From: Cyanophora paradoxa CCMP329
Lineage: Eukaryota; Plantae; Glaucophyta
Reading direction: 5' to 3'
Assembly: GCA_004431415.1 (NCBI GenBank)
Contig: QPMI01000522.1
Span: 124,001 to 188,000, forward strand
DNA length: 64,000 bases
The translations under genes were made by a program, and so were the position numbers. Within the stretch, counting starts at the first letter, position 1. Each line of letters opens with the position of its first letter. The notes beneath the pieces are model-generated. The model did no database searches, was not told the DNA's origin, and was given only the letters and a program-made list of their open reading frames with translations. Shown here in pieces: positions 50,401-63,178 of the stretch.

Positions 50401-53400
50401 TACGATTTATTGGTTGGGTTCCGGCTTGGGTTCCGGGAATTCCGGGATTTCCGGGAATTCCGGTAATTCCGGGAATTCGGCTGCGCCCGCAAGTCACCAA
50501 GTCAAGTCGCGACCGGCCACGCCCAGCCGGCTCCCGGCCCGCGGCCTGCGGCCGCGCCCGGCCCAGCCGGCTAAGCTCTAGCCGGACTTGCCATCGCCCG
50601 CGACATTCGTCGCAGCAGAGAAAAGCCGTCCTCGGCGCCTCCATCCCGCCCGCGACGTTCGTCGCAGCAAAACGTCGAGTCCGATATCGATATCGATCGA
50701 AAACGACTCTGACTATTTACAAGAAAAGGTGGCCGAGGCGTTCTAACGCCCTGATGGCCCTAGCAGCACGAAGGCTGCACTATAGACCTAGCAGCTCGAA
50801 GGCTGCGCTATCTACAGCAAAATAAATATGTAGACGTCTAATGCTGTCAGAAATATATGTCCATCGTTGCGAAAAACATTTTGAATCGTTTCTGAGCTAA
50901 GGAAATATTTCCAAGGCTTGCCCTCAGCTTCCGCTGGACCTAGAAATGATCCAGACATCGCACAGCTGGTCCTGTCTGCAGCTGTGAATTCCGAATGCTT
51001 CTCGAGCTCGCTATTCTATCCGTAGCTACTCGAGCTCGCCGCGCGCTGCGGCTGATATGTACACGATATGTACAACTGCGAAGCTGCAGCTGCCAAGCTG
51101 CTCAGCTCTCCCCTTCTTGGACGGTGGGTCATCCGCTGGGACCCCACCCGCCCTCTCTCGATCTGAAGCCTCCGGGACCGCAGGCACTGCCCTTGATCCA
51201 CGGCCGGACGCCCCAACCGAGACTTGAGGGTCAGCCCCATTGACTAGGCTGCGCCCCCGTGGACTCGCGATTGATGTCGGCCTTGCAGACGAAATTGCGC
51301 CCTCGACATCGCGCGAAGTCTGGCCCTCCCGGCCTGCGTCTGAATCCGTAGGCGGCAAGAAGAGAGGGAATCCTGTGCATCAGAGCGCGAACACCGCCGC
51401 GTCGAGCACGTCCAAAATTTCCGCTCTTGTTCTCCGTCCGCCTGACGAGATCCTCCGCCGATTTCGACCCGAGAATTAAATTGCGGTCGGACGCACAGCT
51501 AAGTTGACGGTTGCTGTGTGCCCGCCGGCGGTAGGTGCACTTGCACATCGAGTCCGAAGACCCAGAATGTCCGCCGGGGATGCTCTATCCCCCGCCGGGT
51601 CAGGAGCACGACTTGAACCGGCTCCATCCACAGCTAACGGGGGCTCGTAGGGCCCTACGCGCCGCCCGAAAGCCGAGAGGTTCCCACGTTCCTTTGTCGT
51701 CCCCTCCTTGATTCCGAGCACGTGAGCACGACCAGAGCCGTTGCCAGCTGCAGTCAGCAGGGGTTCTTGGGGCGCGGATTTCCAGCTGCCCCTCCCGCCG
51801 GCCACGCGGTTGCCAGACTCCGTCGGCCCGTCCTCGAGTTCTAGTAATTGAATTTAGTAACCCCGCGGCGACGATAACGCTGAGCTCGCGTCCGTCTAAT
51901 GCAGGGCCGATTCCGGTCTCTATTCGGTTGGGTGCCGACCGGCCGTTTGCTGTCCTGAGCGCCATCCTGGCACGAGCAGGTCCGCGCCTCTAGCTTGGAC
52001 TCGGGCCTCCCGCCCTCTACGGCTGACACCACCCGCCCACAGCTGAATCCGATGCCCTCCTGTATTGCCCTGGCCTCGGGCAGGTCCGCATCTCCAGCCT
52101 GGACGCCGGTTCACCGGAACGGATCCCCGGAGCGACGCCTTCTTCGGATTCGCCACCAGCCTCGCGATCGACTGTGAAGAAAGGCCGCCGCCTTCGCAGG
52201 TGCAACATCCAGCCCCGCGAATCGAAGCTGCAGCTGTTCCGCTCACAATTTGAACTCCGGCTGCAGCTGAAAAATTACAAGTACACGCCGCCACGTCGCA
52301 GGGCCCACCCCTCTTCGCGACGAATTAAATCCAAACTTCTACACCGCTGGTCTTTTAATTTCTTCACAGGCGGAGACCGAACCGCCGTGGCGTGCACTTT
52401 ACTTCGCGCCCGCCAGGCTGCTGGAGCTCCGATATTTCTCGAGCTCCTGCTGACAGGTCGAATATTGCGCCCGCATCTCCTCCAGCTCCTGCTGAAGTCG
52501 CTTGCTGCAGACGACTGTGTTGTGCGAGCCGCTCTCGCATTCATCGCACCAACGAGGCTGTCCGCCCGTCTTCTGCTTCTTGCTGCTGCTGCCGAGCTCA
52601 CCCCCCGCAACGCGAGAGACTGACGCGTCCGAAAATCCACTGCTGGCCCTCACCCGCTGGAGCCTCATTTCCAGCTCGTTATGGGACCGAACTCGACTGA
52701 AGAATTCGCGACCCCACTCCACCAGATTCGTTCGCGCGTCCTCTGAAATTCTGCTTGTGAGCTTGACCATCGCCGGCAAAGTGATCGCGTCCGGAGACAT
52801 TAATTCCGCGATCAACATCTCGTCCGGACACGAGTCTTGCAGCTGAAGCAGGCGTCGAAATAAAACAACATTATTGATAAGCGCCTGAGCATCCAGCTCC
52901 GTAGGGTTATTCAGAGCTGAGAAATTCTGGCTCGCCGTCTTGATCGTATTCTTCAACAGCTCGAATTTATTGCCAGGCACCAAGCTGATCAGATGCTCAC
53001 GAATTCTTGTCCACGACGTCATATCGAATTCACCGCCCGCCGCCTTCGACGCCATAGCACCCAGCACCGTCGCTGAGAATGCTCCAGTCAAAGCATCACT
53101 TGCTGAGCGCTGCAACGAAGACATTGCGAGCTCCGCTACTATCTTGTCCGGCTCCAAAAATTTCGGCGGCTGAATAAAAGTTGCCAGGCGCTCCAGCGAT
53201 ACGATCCACGATAGAACGCCAGTATTTGTCAAGGCAGGAATTCGCTCCTTAAATTCTTTCAGCTCGCGGTGACGTGTATGCATGTCCAGGTTGCTCTTCA
53301 GCGCCTCCAACGCAGCGTCAGCTGCCGCCGCAGCTGGTTGCTGGCCCCCGATCGCGACTGGCGCCCCAGCCGCCGCTGGTGCGACCGGCGCCACTGGCGC

Positions 53401-56400
53401 GACCGGCGCTGGCCCCGGAGCTGGCGCTGGCATCGCGTTTGCCGCCGGAGCGGCCGCCGCCGCGGCCGCGGGCACGGCTGCTGCATGCGCAGCTGCAGCC
53501 GCCGCCCCGGGCCCGCCACTGCTCTGGCTGCCGCCCCCGGATCCGCCACTAGCGCCCGCGCCTCCGGATCCGGATCCGCTTCGCGTATTCGGAGCCATTC
53601 TGAACGCCGCGTACGCGAGACACGTGCACGTCCGCCGGAGCAGAATTCCGAACCGAACCGCCGAGCAGGTCCGCCCCCGGCGATCCGACTAGTTCTAGAT
53701 CTAGCGCTAGCTCTAGCGCTTCCGATTCCTCGCCCGCGCGCCACGGCGCGCGTTGATCGACGTCGACGGCGCCCCGAAGCCCGGGCCCGAGCCTCGGAGC
53801 TAGCTATAGCGCGCCTGGCGGCCCCCGGCCCGCGAGCTCGGCGTCAAATCGGCGAGCTCGGCGCCCGTCGGCCGGCGATGCCACGCCTGTAGAGTGCCGC
53901 AGTGCGCTCGCGCCGCAGAATCCGATCCGGCCTAGGCCTGGGATGATCATGACGAACGCTGCGTCGAGCAGGCCCGGATCAGACACTGGTCGCGGCGCAA
54001 ACGTACGCGCGCGCGCGCGCGCCCGGCTAGCGGCGCCACGCCGAGGCCGCTATGGCGCTAGCTAGCCCCAGCAGAGGGAACGGATACGCATCTTTTAAAG
54101 CGACGCCTAGCGCTGGCGCGCGCGGTAGCGTCCGCTCACCCGCGCAGCAGGTAGCGCCAAGTTGATAGTAGGAGTCGCGAACATGCGCCAAGGCTCCGGT
54201 CAGTACGCAGCGACTTCCGCATGCGCAGCAGCTATGCGCATCGCGGCCAGCTAGCTTTGAAGAGCTAGCTGAAAGTTTTGAGCAGCCCCCACGTATTAAG
54301 CGTCTGGTTAAATCCGGGCAAGGCCCAGATATAGTCTAGGGGTTTGTAACCAGAGGCCTAATAACAGAGTAATTACAGACCTGGATCTCTGATCCCTGAC
54401 GATGTTCCCTTAATGCTTAGCCCGCCCCTGATGTGCTCCCAAGTTGCAGATGCAAAATGGCAGAGTTTCGCTGCTAATATTTCGAGGCTGTGCGCCTCAC
54501 AAGGAATGACAACTTTGGCAGGCCAGCGGCTACTTATACTAGCCCGCGTTGCAAACTAGCAAGTATTTTCTAGTTGTTGAGCATGTACGATTTATTGGTT
54601 GGGTTCCGGCTTGGGTTCCGGGAATTCCGGGATTTCCGGGAATTCCGGTAATTCCGGGAATTCGGCTGCGCCCGCAAGTCACCAAGTCAAGTCGCGACCG
54701 GCCACGCCCAGCCGGCTCCCGGCCCGCGGCCTGCGGCCGCGCCCGGCCCAGCCGGCTAAGCTCTAGCCGGACTTGCCATCGCCCGCGACAAAGGGCGGCC
54801 CACTCACGTGGCGCTCATGGGTCTGCACGGGTCGGCGGCAGAGGTTCTGGTCGCAAGTGATCATGAGATCGACGATGTCGAATTACGCACGGGGCCGATC
54901 AATACATAATGCATATATATGTATGCGCACGCGGAGGCGGTAGTTGAGCGCGGCAGAGTTGTTGGGCGGCGTCTCCTCTATTGGCAGTCCCCCTCTAAGT
55001 ACCGTGACCTGGGGATGCATCTCATCAGTTTAATTTGAAACGACTGCAGAGTTAGATGTGGCAACTGGAAAGCTAAGCTATTTCGGGGGTGCGCACCCGT
55101 ATCTCCCCCGGGCTTCCGAACGCTGGCTCCTGCTCGGGCGGGGAGGGCGGGACGGCCCGGACGGAGACCGTGTCGCAGTCCAGCAGAGCCTGATCATGAG
55201 CCCGAAATCGAAATCGTAATCAAAGATTTCATTTGCAGGTTTCTTGGAGAGACGTTACCTGGATGCGCGGGGCGGCCTCCCGGAGAGTTTCGCGGACGGA
55301 CTGCTTCGTGCGGATGCTCGCCGCTATGTCCCGCAGCAGAGCCTGAGGGGTGAATTACATAATGCCTATATTTAAAGTGACAGTATTGATACAAATCCTA
55401 AGATCAAACGGAGGAAATATTAAATATTCGCCGGAAAAGCATGCACGCACCTCCGACCGCAGGCGCCGCTCCAGCGACGCGGTGCGCTCCGCGTGCTGCG
55501 CACAGCAATCTTAAGATTAAATGGATGCTCCCAATAGATTCTAATGGATCGTTTTCTTAATTTAAATGGATTGGATATCGATGTCCCTATTAGATCCTAA
55601 GTGGACGACCCGCGCGGGCGCTTTCATTTGTTGGGGGGCACCTCGGCCTCGAGCTCGGCGTTCTTTTTCTCGAGGTCGTGCAGAAGCTGCGCCTGGCCCG
55701 TCGCGCACCCGACCGCGTCCGCCACAGACTGCGCGTGCGCGTTCGTTGCCGTGTGAAAGGCGAAATCGAAGTGGGGTCGCCCAGTGACCTCGAACAGGGC
55801 GATTTCGTGGGGCGATATTTCGCGCTCCTGGCGCCAGCTGACGCAGAGGACGCCGATAAGATTTCCGCTGAACTCCATCCCCCGAGACATCCCAAAGCGG
55901 ATGCTCAGCGCCCGGAGCCTTTCTCTGAGCAGCTCCATTTGATCCTGCAATGCAGATCTTGATCAGGATCATCGGTAACTATAACCGGCTTGGGTGCAAA
56001 AATAAACTGGCGCAAAACACTGGCGCAAAATAGATACGGACCGGGACTTCGCCGGGCCCCCCGCTGTCGACACCGGGGATGAAGTCCTCCCAGTTCTTCA
56101 CCAGCGTGGTCCGCGCCGGATGCCCGAAGTGCAGGCGCTGAAACAAAAACCGGTGTCAGGCGTTGGGAATGCTCATTACGGAAATCGGTTCGTTTTCAAT
56201 TGAGGTTTTGCAAGTGGTTCTGACCCGGATTCGGTACGCGTGCGCGGCGGAGTCCTGCGGGGGCGACTCGATGAGCGGCTCTTGGGCGCCCCTCAACTGC
56301 ACGACCTGCGATACCGCGGCATCGCATTCGAAATCAGAGCCCAGCATGTACGTACGGCGTCAACGACGATAATCTCAAGGCGCACCCGGAACTCCTGAGG

Positions 56401-59400
56401 TAGGCCGAAGAGGCAGTGGATGGCGACGCAGTCGGCGTCGAAGAGCTCGCGGACCCGCGACGCCGTCTCTACGGTGATCTCGCACAGGCTCCTCTTCGAG
56501 CGGATGCCGGCGGAGATGTCCCGCAGGAGCGCCTGCGAGCGCGGCGCGTTCGACAATCAGGCACGCGAGAACTGTTAGAAAATCTTAGCCGAAGCTTGTA
56601 ATAAAAGGCTAGATCGGGATACGGGATACGTGCTAGCACCTCTGACCGCAGGCGGTGCTCGAGCGCGGCCGTGCGTGCCGCGTACTGTGTGCAAGTGTAC
56701 ATGTGAGGCTCGCGGAATATGGACTTTGACGCGCGCGGAGCAGAGCGGGCCTCGAGCTGCAGGAGCCTGTTTTTCTCCTCCAGGTCGTTGAGGATGGTCG
56801 TCTGGCCGATCGCGCAGCCGACCACGTCACAGACGGACTGCCAAAGTTGCAGTCATTCGAAGAAAATCAAGGATCCGGATCGGAGATGCATATGCTAGAT
56901 GAATTCGAAATAGTCGAAAGAAAGCCGATGGCCGCGGAATGCCGCGCGATTCGATTAAAATGGCGCACCTCGTACAAGGCAAAGTCGTGGTCAGAGATCT
57001 CCCGCCTCGCACTCCAGACGATGCCGATCGCCCCGGCGAGGCCCCCCGCGAACTCCGTCGTTCGAATCATGCCGAAGGAGATGCCGTGAGCCTTCAGCAA
57101 GGTCGTATAAGCGGCCACCTCCTCCTGCGCCGATTTGATTCAGATAATTTTCTAATAGTGACATGAACCGCAAATATTAATTAGAACCGTATACGTACCG
57201 GATCCGGATCGACCTCCGAGTCGCCCCCGTCGAGCTCGGGGATGAAGGAGTCCCAGTCATCCCGAACGATGGTCTGGCCGGGGAGCTGGTACAGGCGCTG
57301 CTCTCACGCATGTTATAATTATAAGTAGCTCGCGGCAGGCGCGCGGAGACGGTGCATGTGAAATGATAGCCAACAGTCTCCTACCTGCATTCGGTGGAGT
57401 CATATGAGCTGGCGAGGCGGTCGGAGGTGAGATCGAATCCACAAGCGGCTCGCTCAGCCCCTTGCCGGCGAGGGCCTGCGCGGGTATACTTCAGTTTACA
57501 TCCACGACAAAACGTATGATTACAGCCCGCGTTCACGTACAGAGAACGCACCACAAACTCGTTCGGGGTGCCGAGGAGGCAGTGGATGCCGACGAATCCG
57601 GCGTCGAAGAGCTCCTGGACGCGCGACGCCGTCTCGTTGGCGATCGCGCGCAGGCTCCGCTTAGACCGAATGCCGGCCGAGATGTCCCGCAGCAAGGCCT
57701 GCAACGATGAGTATCTGGCAATCAGAATATATTGCAATTGCCAGTTTTATAAGCGAATTTTTGTTTTTATGCATTTATTAATATTGCCACGGTACCTCTG
57801 AGCGGAGGCGTCGTTCGAGCAGCGAGGTACGAGAAGCATACTGCGCGTACACATTAGTATTCGCATGCCATGTAGAACCCGATTAAATGTATACGCGCTC
57901 AGTTAAAAAGCGAAATTTTTAGATGCTGAGGAAGAACCTCGAGCTGCAGCAGGCGATTTTTCTCCTCCAGATCTTGCAGCGTCTGGGCCTGCCCAATCGC
58001 GCATCCCACTGCGTCGCAAACCGACTGCAAGAAATCGTCAGTAAATTCTTGCACTTGAATATGATTTACACGAATCCGAACCTCAAGCAAGGCTAATTCG
58101 TGCTGCGAGATGTCGCGCTCAACGGGCCACGTGACCGACACGGCCCCCGTCGGAACGCCGTTGATCTCCGTCTTCCGTATGACGCCAAAAGACGCCTCGG
58201 CCGCCCGGAGCGTGTCCGCCAGAAGCCGCATTTGCTCCTGGGAATACGAATTCGAACGCTAAATTCAGGGACGGAGCAAAATTTACACGCGCGCGATATA
58301 TATCTCTCAATGCATGTGCACCGGGTCCTCCGCCGGGCCGCCTCCGTCGAACTCGGGGAGGAACGAGTCCCAGTCGTTGCGTACTATCGTTCGAACAGGT
58401 TGCTCGTAGAGGCGCTAACAAGCAAGTCGACAACGACGATTAGAGAGCGCGAGGCGGGACGTGAGTCCGGAACGGGAACGCTGACCCGGAGTCGATAAGC
58501 GAGTGCTGGCGGGCCAATCGAAAGCGCGTCCAAGAGCAGCTGCGGCTCTTCTTCCTCGGAGTTCGAGCCAGCCGCGCTTCTCTTCACAGCGACCTGCGCA
58601 GACATTCGCACAAACGTTAACGTTGCGGCAGTGCACGTGATGACGTCGACGGCAGCAGGTCGCTAATTTACAATATAACGACACTTGCGCACCCGGAACT
58701 CCTTCGACTGGCCAACCAAGCACTGTATGGACACGCAGCCGGCGTCGAACAACTCTCGAACGCGGGACGCCGTTTCCGTGGCGATCGTGCGCAGGCAGCG
58801 CTTCGATCGAATGTCCGCTGCGATGTTCCGAAGCAGGGCCTGCGCACGCAAGGAGCCGGTCGGGGGCTCGCAGTGATAGGAGCCGGTCGGGGGCTCGTGA
58901 TCAGATCTAGAGCGGACCCGAGAGCCATGGCCACGCGCGCGTCTCGCGCCTGCGTTCCGTCGTCGTCGAGCTCCGGCATCCACTGGCCGCAGTCCGGGAA
59001 GAAGAAGGTCCGGTTCGGGTTCTCGAGCAGGCGCTGCGCGTGGCGCGGAGTCAACGTTGACACCGCGCGTGCAGCTTTCAGTAGTAGTCAAGCTTAAAAC
59101 CGCCCGCGCGTCCAAAAATGCGTTATCATTGACTATATTAATTGACGTGCATGAATCGACTTCAGGCTAACCTGGATTCGGTGCTTGACGAGCAACGGGA
59201 GCTCCGCGACCCCGGGCAGATCCTCGCGCGAGGGCACGTCGGGGTCCCCCCGCTTCCAGCACAGCTGGAGCTCCTTGATTCTCGACGTATCCGGCCGGAT
59301 TAGAAGGACCTGAAAATATAGATAACGAATTTAAGATAAAACTGCCTCGAGTCTCAAACGAATATCGATGTTCACGTTAACGAAATCAGCGGAGAGCAGG

Positions 59401-60546
59401 TCGCGAAGTCTGCTGACGGCGGTCCGGAGAACGTCCTGCAAGCACAGCTTCCTGCATGTTCGTATTTCGCGCTCAGCCCCCGGCTGTCGCCCGCGAGTGT
59501 GCGGTTTTCGCAGACTGGCGCACGTCGATGTCTGCATCCGCATGCAGCGCGAAATATCTCTGTGAACGGCCTCGGCCTCCAGGCGCCGCTGGAATTCGGC
59601 GGAAGCCGGTTCGCTGGGGGCTGTACACGTAGATGAGGCTGCAGTTGGCGACTCCGAATCCTCGAGCGCGCCAACCGAATTGAGAGCCAACTGAAAGCCA
59701 CTGCGAAATGAGGTCGAGGTCAAAGAACGTCGATTGCAAAGCACGCGTGCTGGCCAAGAAGGGATTACCGCTCTCGGCGGCGGCCTGAAGGACGTGATCG
59801 TCGCGATGGCACGGAGTGCGCCCCGCCTCTTCCCAATGTACGGCGATTAGAGCCCAAGCCTGCACATGCAAAATTAAATAAATGGCATCCGAGGCGTTTA
59901 ATTTCGCGCGTCGCATTCTTTTTTATTGCGGTGAGGAGGAAGGGCACACGAATCCAAAGGCGATGCAGGGCCTCCACATGCACGTTCCCGCAGGAGTCTC
60001 CTCGGTGATCTCACGCGCGCGCGATTCCGGGACTCCGCGGGCCCGGAGGGCCGCACGCGCGTCCGGCTCGTTGCCAGACGCGCCTGGGGTCTGAAGGGTG
60101 ACATTAGCGAGCTCGAGCAGCTCAGCAGGGTACTCAGAGCCGGCAATCTCGCTGAGTGCGGGCAAAATGATCGATTAACAGGCGCGACATATGCATCCGC
60201 GAAAACTGGCCGACCGCTCGGCGCACGCGAGCTGGAACTGCGGAGCGCGTGCGTCTCCGCCGATGACGCGCTCTGGGACGATGTGGAGAACGAAAGCCCG
60301 GTCAGCTGAGATCTTTTCCTGCAGCGAGCCGGCGAGCTTCGCCAACGTGCAGGAGCGCCTGCAGCACACGCACATGTGTACAATGCAAGAGTATAATTTG
60401 ATAGAGGCGGAGATGGCGCACCGATCGACGCCGGAAGCCGAACGGCAGCACCCACAGGTGCGCGAAGAAATCCCGAGCGTGGCGGAGAACTCGCGCGCGC
60501 TGTTCGCCGCAAGTTCATACGGCACCGATGGCGTGAAGAACGGCAT
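43771..60546 (-). CDS. Hybrid histidine kinase: about 7 tandem GAF domains, HisKA, HATPase_c and receiver
   Basis: H-box KSDFLS|VVTHELRTPM; N-box NLIGNSAKF; G-boxes TGCGIP and GTGLGLYISQGIA..LDGEI; receiver ILFAED, FDVLLSDIM, PEMDGLE, IALSAN and KP. Repeats begin ALLR(D/N)I.A.IR.K..L..I..ETA.RV.ELFDA. Start tentative. Confidence 0.88.
50109..50605 (-). repeat. 3' LTR
   Basis: Appears identical by eye to 54294-54790; termini TGTCG...TAATA on the minus strand; internal CCGGGAATT-like tandem repeats. Confidence 0.93.
52399..53598 (-). CDS. gag: Gag-like protein (399 aa) with CCHC zinc knuckle
   Basis: Intronless ORF; MAPNTRS N-terminus, Ala/Pro linker, helical core and WCDECESGSHNTVVC (CX2CX4HX4C). 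Confidence 0.82.
   Translation of the reverse strand: MAPNTRSGSGSGGAGASGGSGGGSQSSGGPGAAAAAAHAAAVPAAAAAAAPAANAMPAPAPGPAPVAPVAPVAPAAAGAPVAIGGQQPAAAAADAALEALKSNLDMHTRHRELKEFKERIPALTNTGVLSWIVSLERLATFIQPPKFLEPDKIVAELAMSSLQRSASDALTGAFSATVLGAMASKAAGGEFDMTSWTRIREHLISLVPGNKFELLKNTIKTASQNFSALNNPTELDAQALINNVVLFRRLLQLQDSCPDEMLIAELMSPDAITLPAMVKLTSRISEDARTNLVEWGREFFSRVRSHNELEMRLQRVRASSGFSDASVSRVAGGELGSSSKKQKTGGQPRWCDECESGSHNTVVCSKRLQQELEEMRAQYSTCQQELEKYRSSSSLAGAK
54284..54291 (-). promoter_or_regulatory. Primer binding site TGGGGGCT (tRNA-Pro-like)
   Basis: Lies 2 nt inside the 5' LTR boundary; matches the first 8 nt of the known tRNA-Pro PBS TGGGGGCTC. Confidence 0.65.
54294..54790 (-). repeat. 5' LTR
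   Basis: Direct repeat of 50109-50605, followed by the PBS on the minus strand. Confidence 0.93.
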
Positions 60547-61308
60547 TCGCGCGCTTGGATATCGAGAAAACGTTCATGCATGCACGGAGAAAACGTGGAG
60601 GGAATCGACGTGAGATCGATTTTGATCGATCTGCATATGGGAGATCGAGCTCGAGAAGCTTGAAACTAATTACGTACTCGCATGCACATGCAATTTGCTT
60701 GAGACGTCAATTCGAGAGATTTCAACATATATATAGATAGCTATAGGGAAGCTAGAATTCGAAATATATATAGTACTCGGAGATCTAGAGGGTACACGTA
60801 AATAGCTCACCCACCCAAATACATGTGTTCATGATCATGTGCAAGAATCGAAGAATGGATCGCGATCGATTGCGAGCAGATCATTCGATTATTTGCTCAT
60901 GCAGGTCGCGCCGCGCACTGCGGCACACATATGTACAGAATGCGAGTCTAATCAACTTCAATCGAGCTGATATATAAATCAAGATTAATACGGCCTGCTT
61001 TTCTGCTGGTTCTTTTCACTGCCTCAACGCATTCAATGTACAGCTAGGTACTCGATCTGTAAGCTTTGTTATGTCCGAATATGCCAGATATCGTGATAAA
61101 TTGTTGACGTCTACAACGTTTGAAACTACGCATGCATCATCATGGCATGGAATCATATCCTAAATAAAATTGACTCAGATTGCACTCAGATCTAAATATG
61201 AAATCAGAAGCCTTGACGAGAAGCCCGGTACCGTTGGACTCGGGTAATCAATTCTTCATAAGTTAAACTTTTCAGGTATATATGTAAATATTTGTGCAGT
61301 GCTCAGAT

Positions 61309-63031
61309 CTAGACGCCTAACTCTGTAGAAAAGTCAACGCTGGCCGCGGGACGGACATTCTGTTCCGGTTCCTGCTCCAAGCCCGACCGCGATTGCGATG
61401 ACGTGGACGCCGCCATTGGAAGCGATCGCGAGCTCGAGGATGCCGCCCCGTCGCCCTCGGGGCCCTTCGCCGCCGCGAGGTATGACTGAAGGTACCTGAA
61501 GCATGTATCAGTGAGGAGCTCGTAACGCGCATTAATCTCTTACGATGTTAATTCCATGACTATATATATCATTCCCGTACAATTATATTCATTAGACAGC
61601 TTGCGGTTGAGTTCGAAGCACAAGAAAATTAGAGCGCATGCGCACGTGGTAATGTCGTCCATCTGGACGCCTCCGGTCTTTGGTTTTCCCTTTCCCGACT
61701 GAATGCCGTCCTCGCCTTCGCTCTCTTCGCCATCGAGCTCCCGGCCGCCCGCCGCATCCGCGGCGCAAATCGCATTCAGCCGCTGCTGGATTGGCTGCAC
61801 GAGCAGTTTGCGGATCGTCCCCGTCACGTCCCGGACTGCGCGGCAACAACATAAGGCGATTTCAACGAATGCGAAATATTCGAACGGGGCCGAGATATCG
61901 GCGGTCGCAGTGGATGCGCACTGGAGGTGTCTGGCTCGGAGTAGAGGCGGGAGCGGATCTCGCGGAGGCGCTGAGCGACGTGGGCGATGGCGGCGTGGTC
62001 GAAGCCGGGGACGCGGTTCTGGACGACGACGTCGGCCTGCTCGATCCAGCGGACGACGGAGCGGAGCTTGCGCTGGGGCCAGCGGGTGATGCCGTGGGAG
62101 CGGCAGATCTTCTTGAGGACGGTCACGCAGACGCCGAGGCGCCTGGCCACGTCCTGGATCGGGTGCTCGAAGTTGGCGACCAGCTCTTCCCGTGTCACCC
62201 GCGTACCCGACGGCGGCATCGCAATCGGGGTCGCCTGCGGCGCAATCGGAGTCGCCTGCGGCGCCTGCGGCTTTTAAGCCTTATATGAGAGACATGCTAA
62301 TCTAAGGCGCTGAAACGAGTATAATTTAGCGGCGCACGGTGGCGGGGTCGCCCGAGCTTCTGGCCATATGCACGGGGCTGGCCATGGCACGCTCCGCTTC
62401 CATCTCCCTTTGCAGCTTTGCGCGCTGCGCATGCGGAAATCAAACGCAGCGGCTGTGATGCGATGGCGAGATGGGCGCATGTGGCGATATCGACGTCAAT
62501 CACTCGACTCGGGATTGCGAGGCGCACCTGGTCTTCCGCGAGGCGCCGCAAAAGGACCTCGTCGAGCTCGAAAGGAAGGGCCCCCTTGAAAACTGGCTTC
62601 GGCGCCGTTGGCGCATGCGCGGGCGCCGGTCCGTCTCGCACGCGATTTTCCTCCGTCCTGCAGGCTGCAGCTGCAGCTGCAGCAGGCGGCAACTCGTTCA
62701 TGGCTGCGGCTTGGGCTGTGCATGCGGAATTCGAAGCTGCAGTGGCGGAAGCGTGGTGGAAGGGGGCCGGCGGAGATCTAGAGGGGAGAGAAGAAAGGTG
62801 GAGGGGTCCAGGGTTGGAGCGACCCTCGCGATCGCCATCACATGTACAGCTGCCGTCGACGCTCGCGATCGCGATCGCGATCGACCTTGCCGGGTCGCAA
62901 TTTCCAGCGCCGCAGGCGTATATGTTTTCGTTGGCCCAGGTCATGGGACTGGCGGAGAGATCGAGGTGAAGGCTGCCGCTGATCGCAAACACGTGCGCCG
63001 TCGACGTCGCCGTCGACGTCGCCGCCGCCAT
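61309..63031 (-). CDS. RWP-RK domain transcription factor (RKD-type)
   Basis: VTREELVANFEHPIQDVARRLGVCVTVLKKICRSHGITRWPQRKLRS in ORF 61824-62219; downstream exons to a stop at 61309. The 5' exons are uncertain and may extend to about 63612. Confidence 0.85.
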
Positions 63032-63155
63032 GGACCCGGGCGCCTCCGGCCGCGGTGCCGGCCCCTCGTGTAACGCTAACGCATCTGCGGAGCCCCCACG
63101 CCCAGCGGGCAGTTCGCGTTCGCCGGCAGCGCTGTCGCTGCCAATTCAAAGAGTC

Positions 63156-63178
63156 AGAGAGAGAGAGAGAGAGAGAGA
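63156..63178. repeat. (GA)n microsatellite
   Basis: Read directly. Confidence 0.9.

Larger units (their letters stand above)
50109..54790 (-). mobile_element. Gag-only (non-autonomous) LTR retrotransposon inserted in an intron of the kinase gene
   Basis: Two 497-bp direct repeats; 4-bp TSD AAGG (50105-50108 and 54791-54794); PBS; gag-like ORF; no protease, RT or integrase motifs seen. Confidence 0.92.

Noticed and set aside
50415-50480. Short repeats resembling CRISPR or collagen-like GIP coding
   Set aside because: A 9-bp tandem microrepeat within the LTR, with no spacers.
55350-58840. Cyanobacteriochrome/phytochrome assignment of the GAF repeats
   Set aside because: No bilin-binding Cys motifs and no PAS-GAF-PHY core seen.
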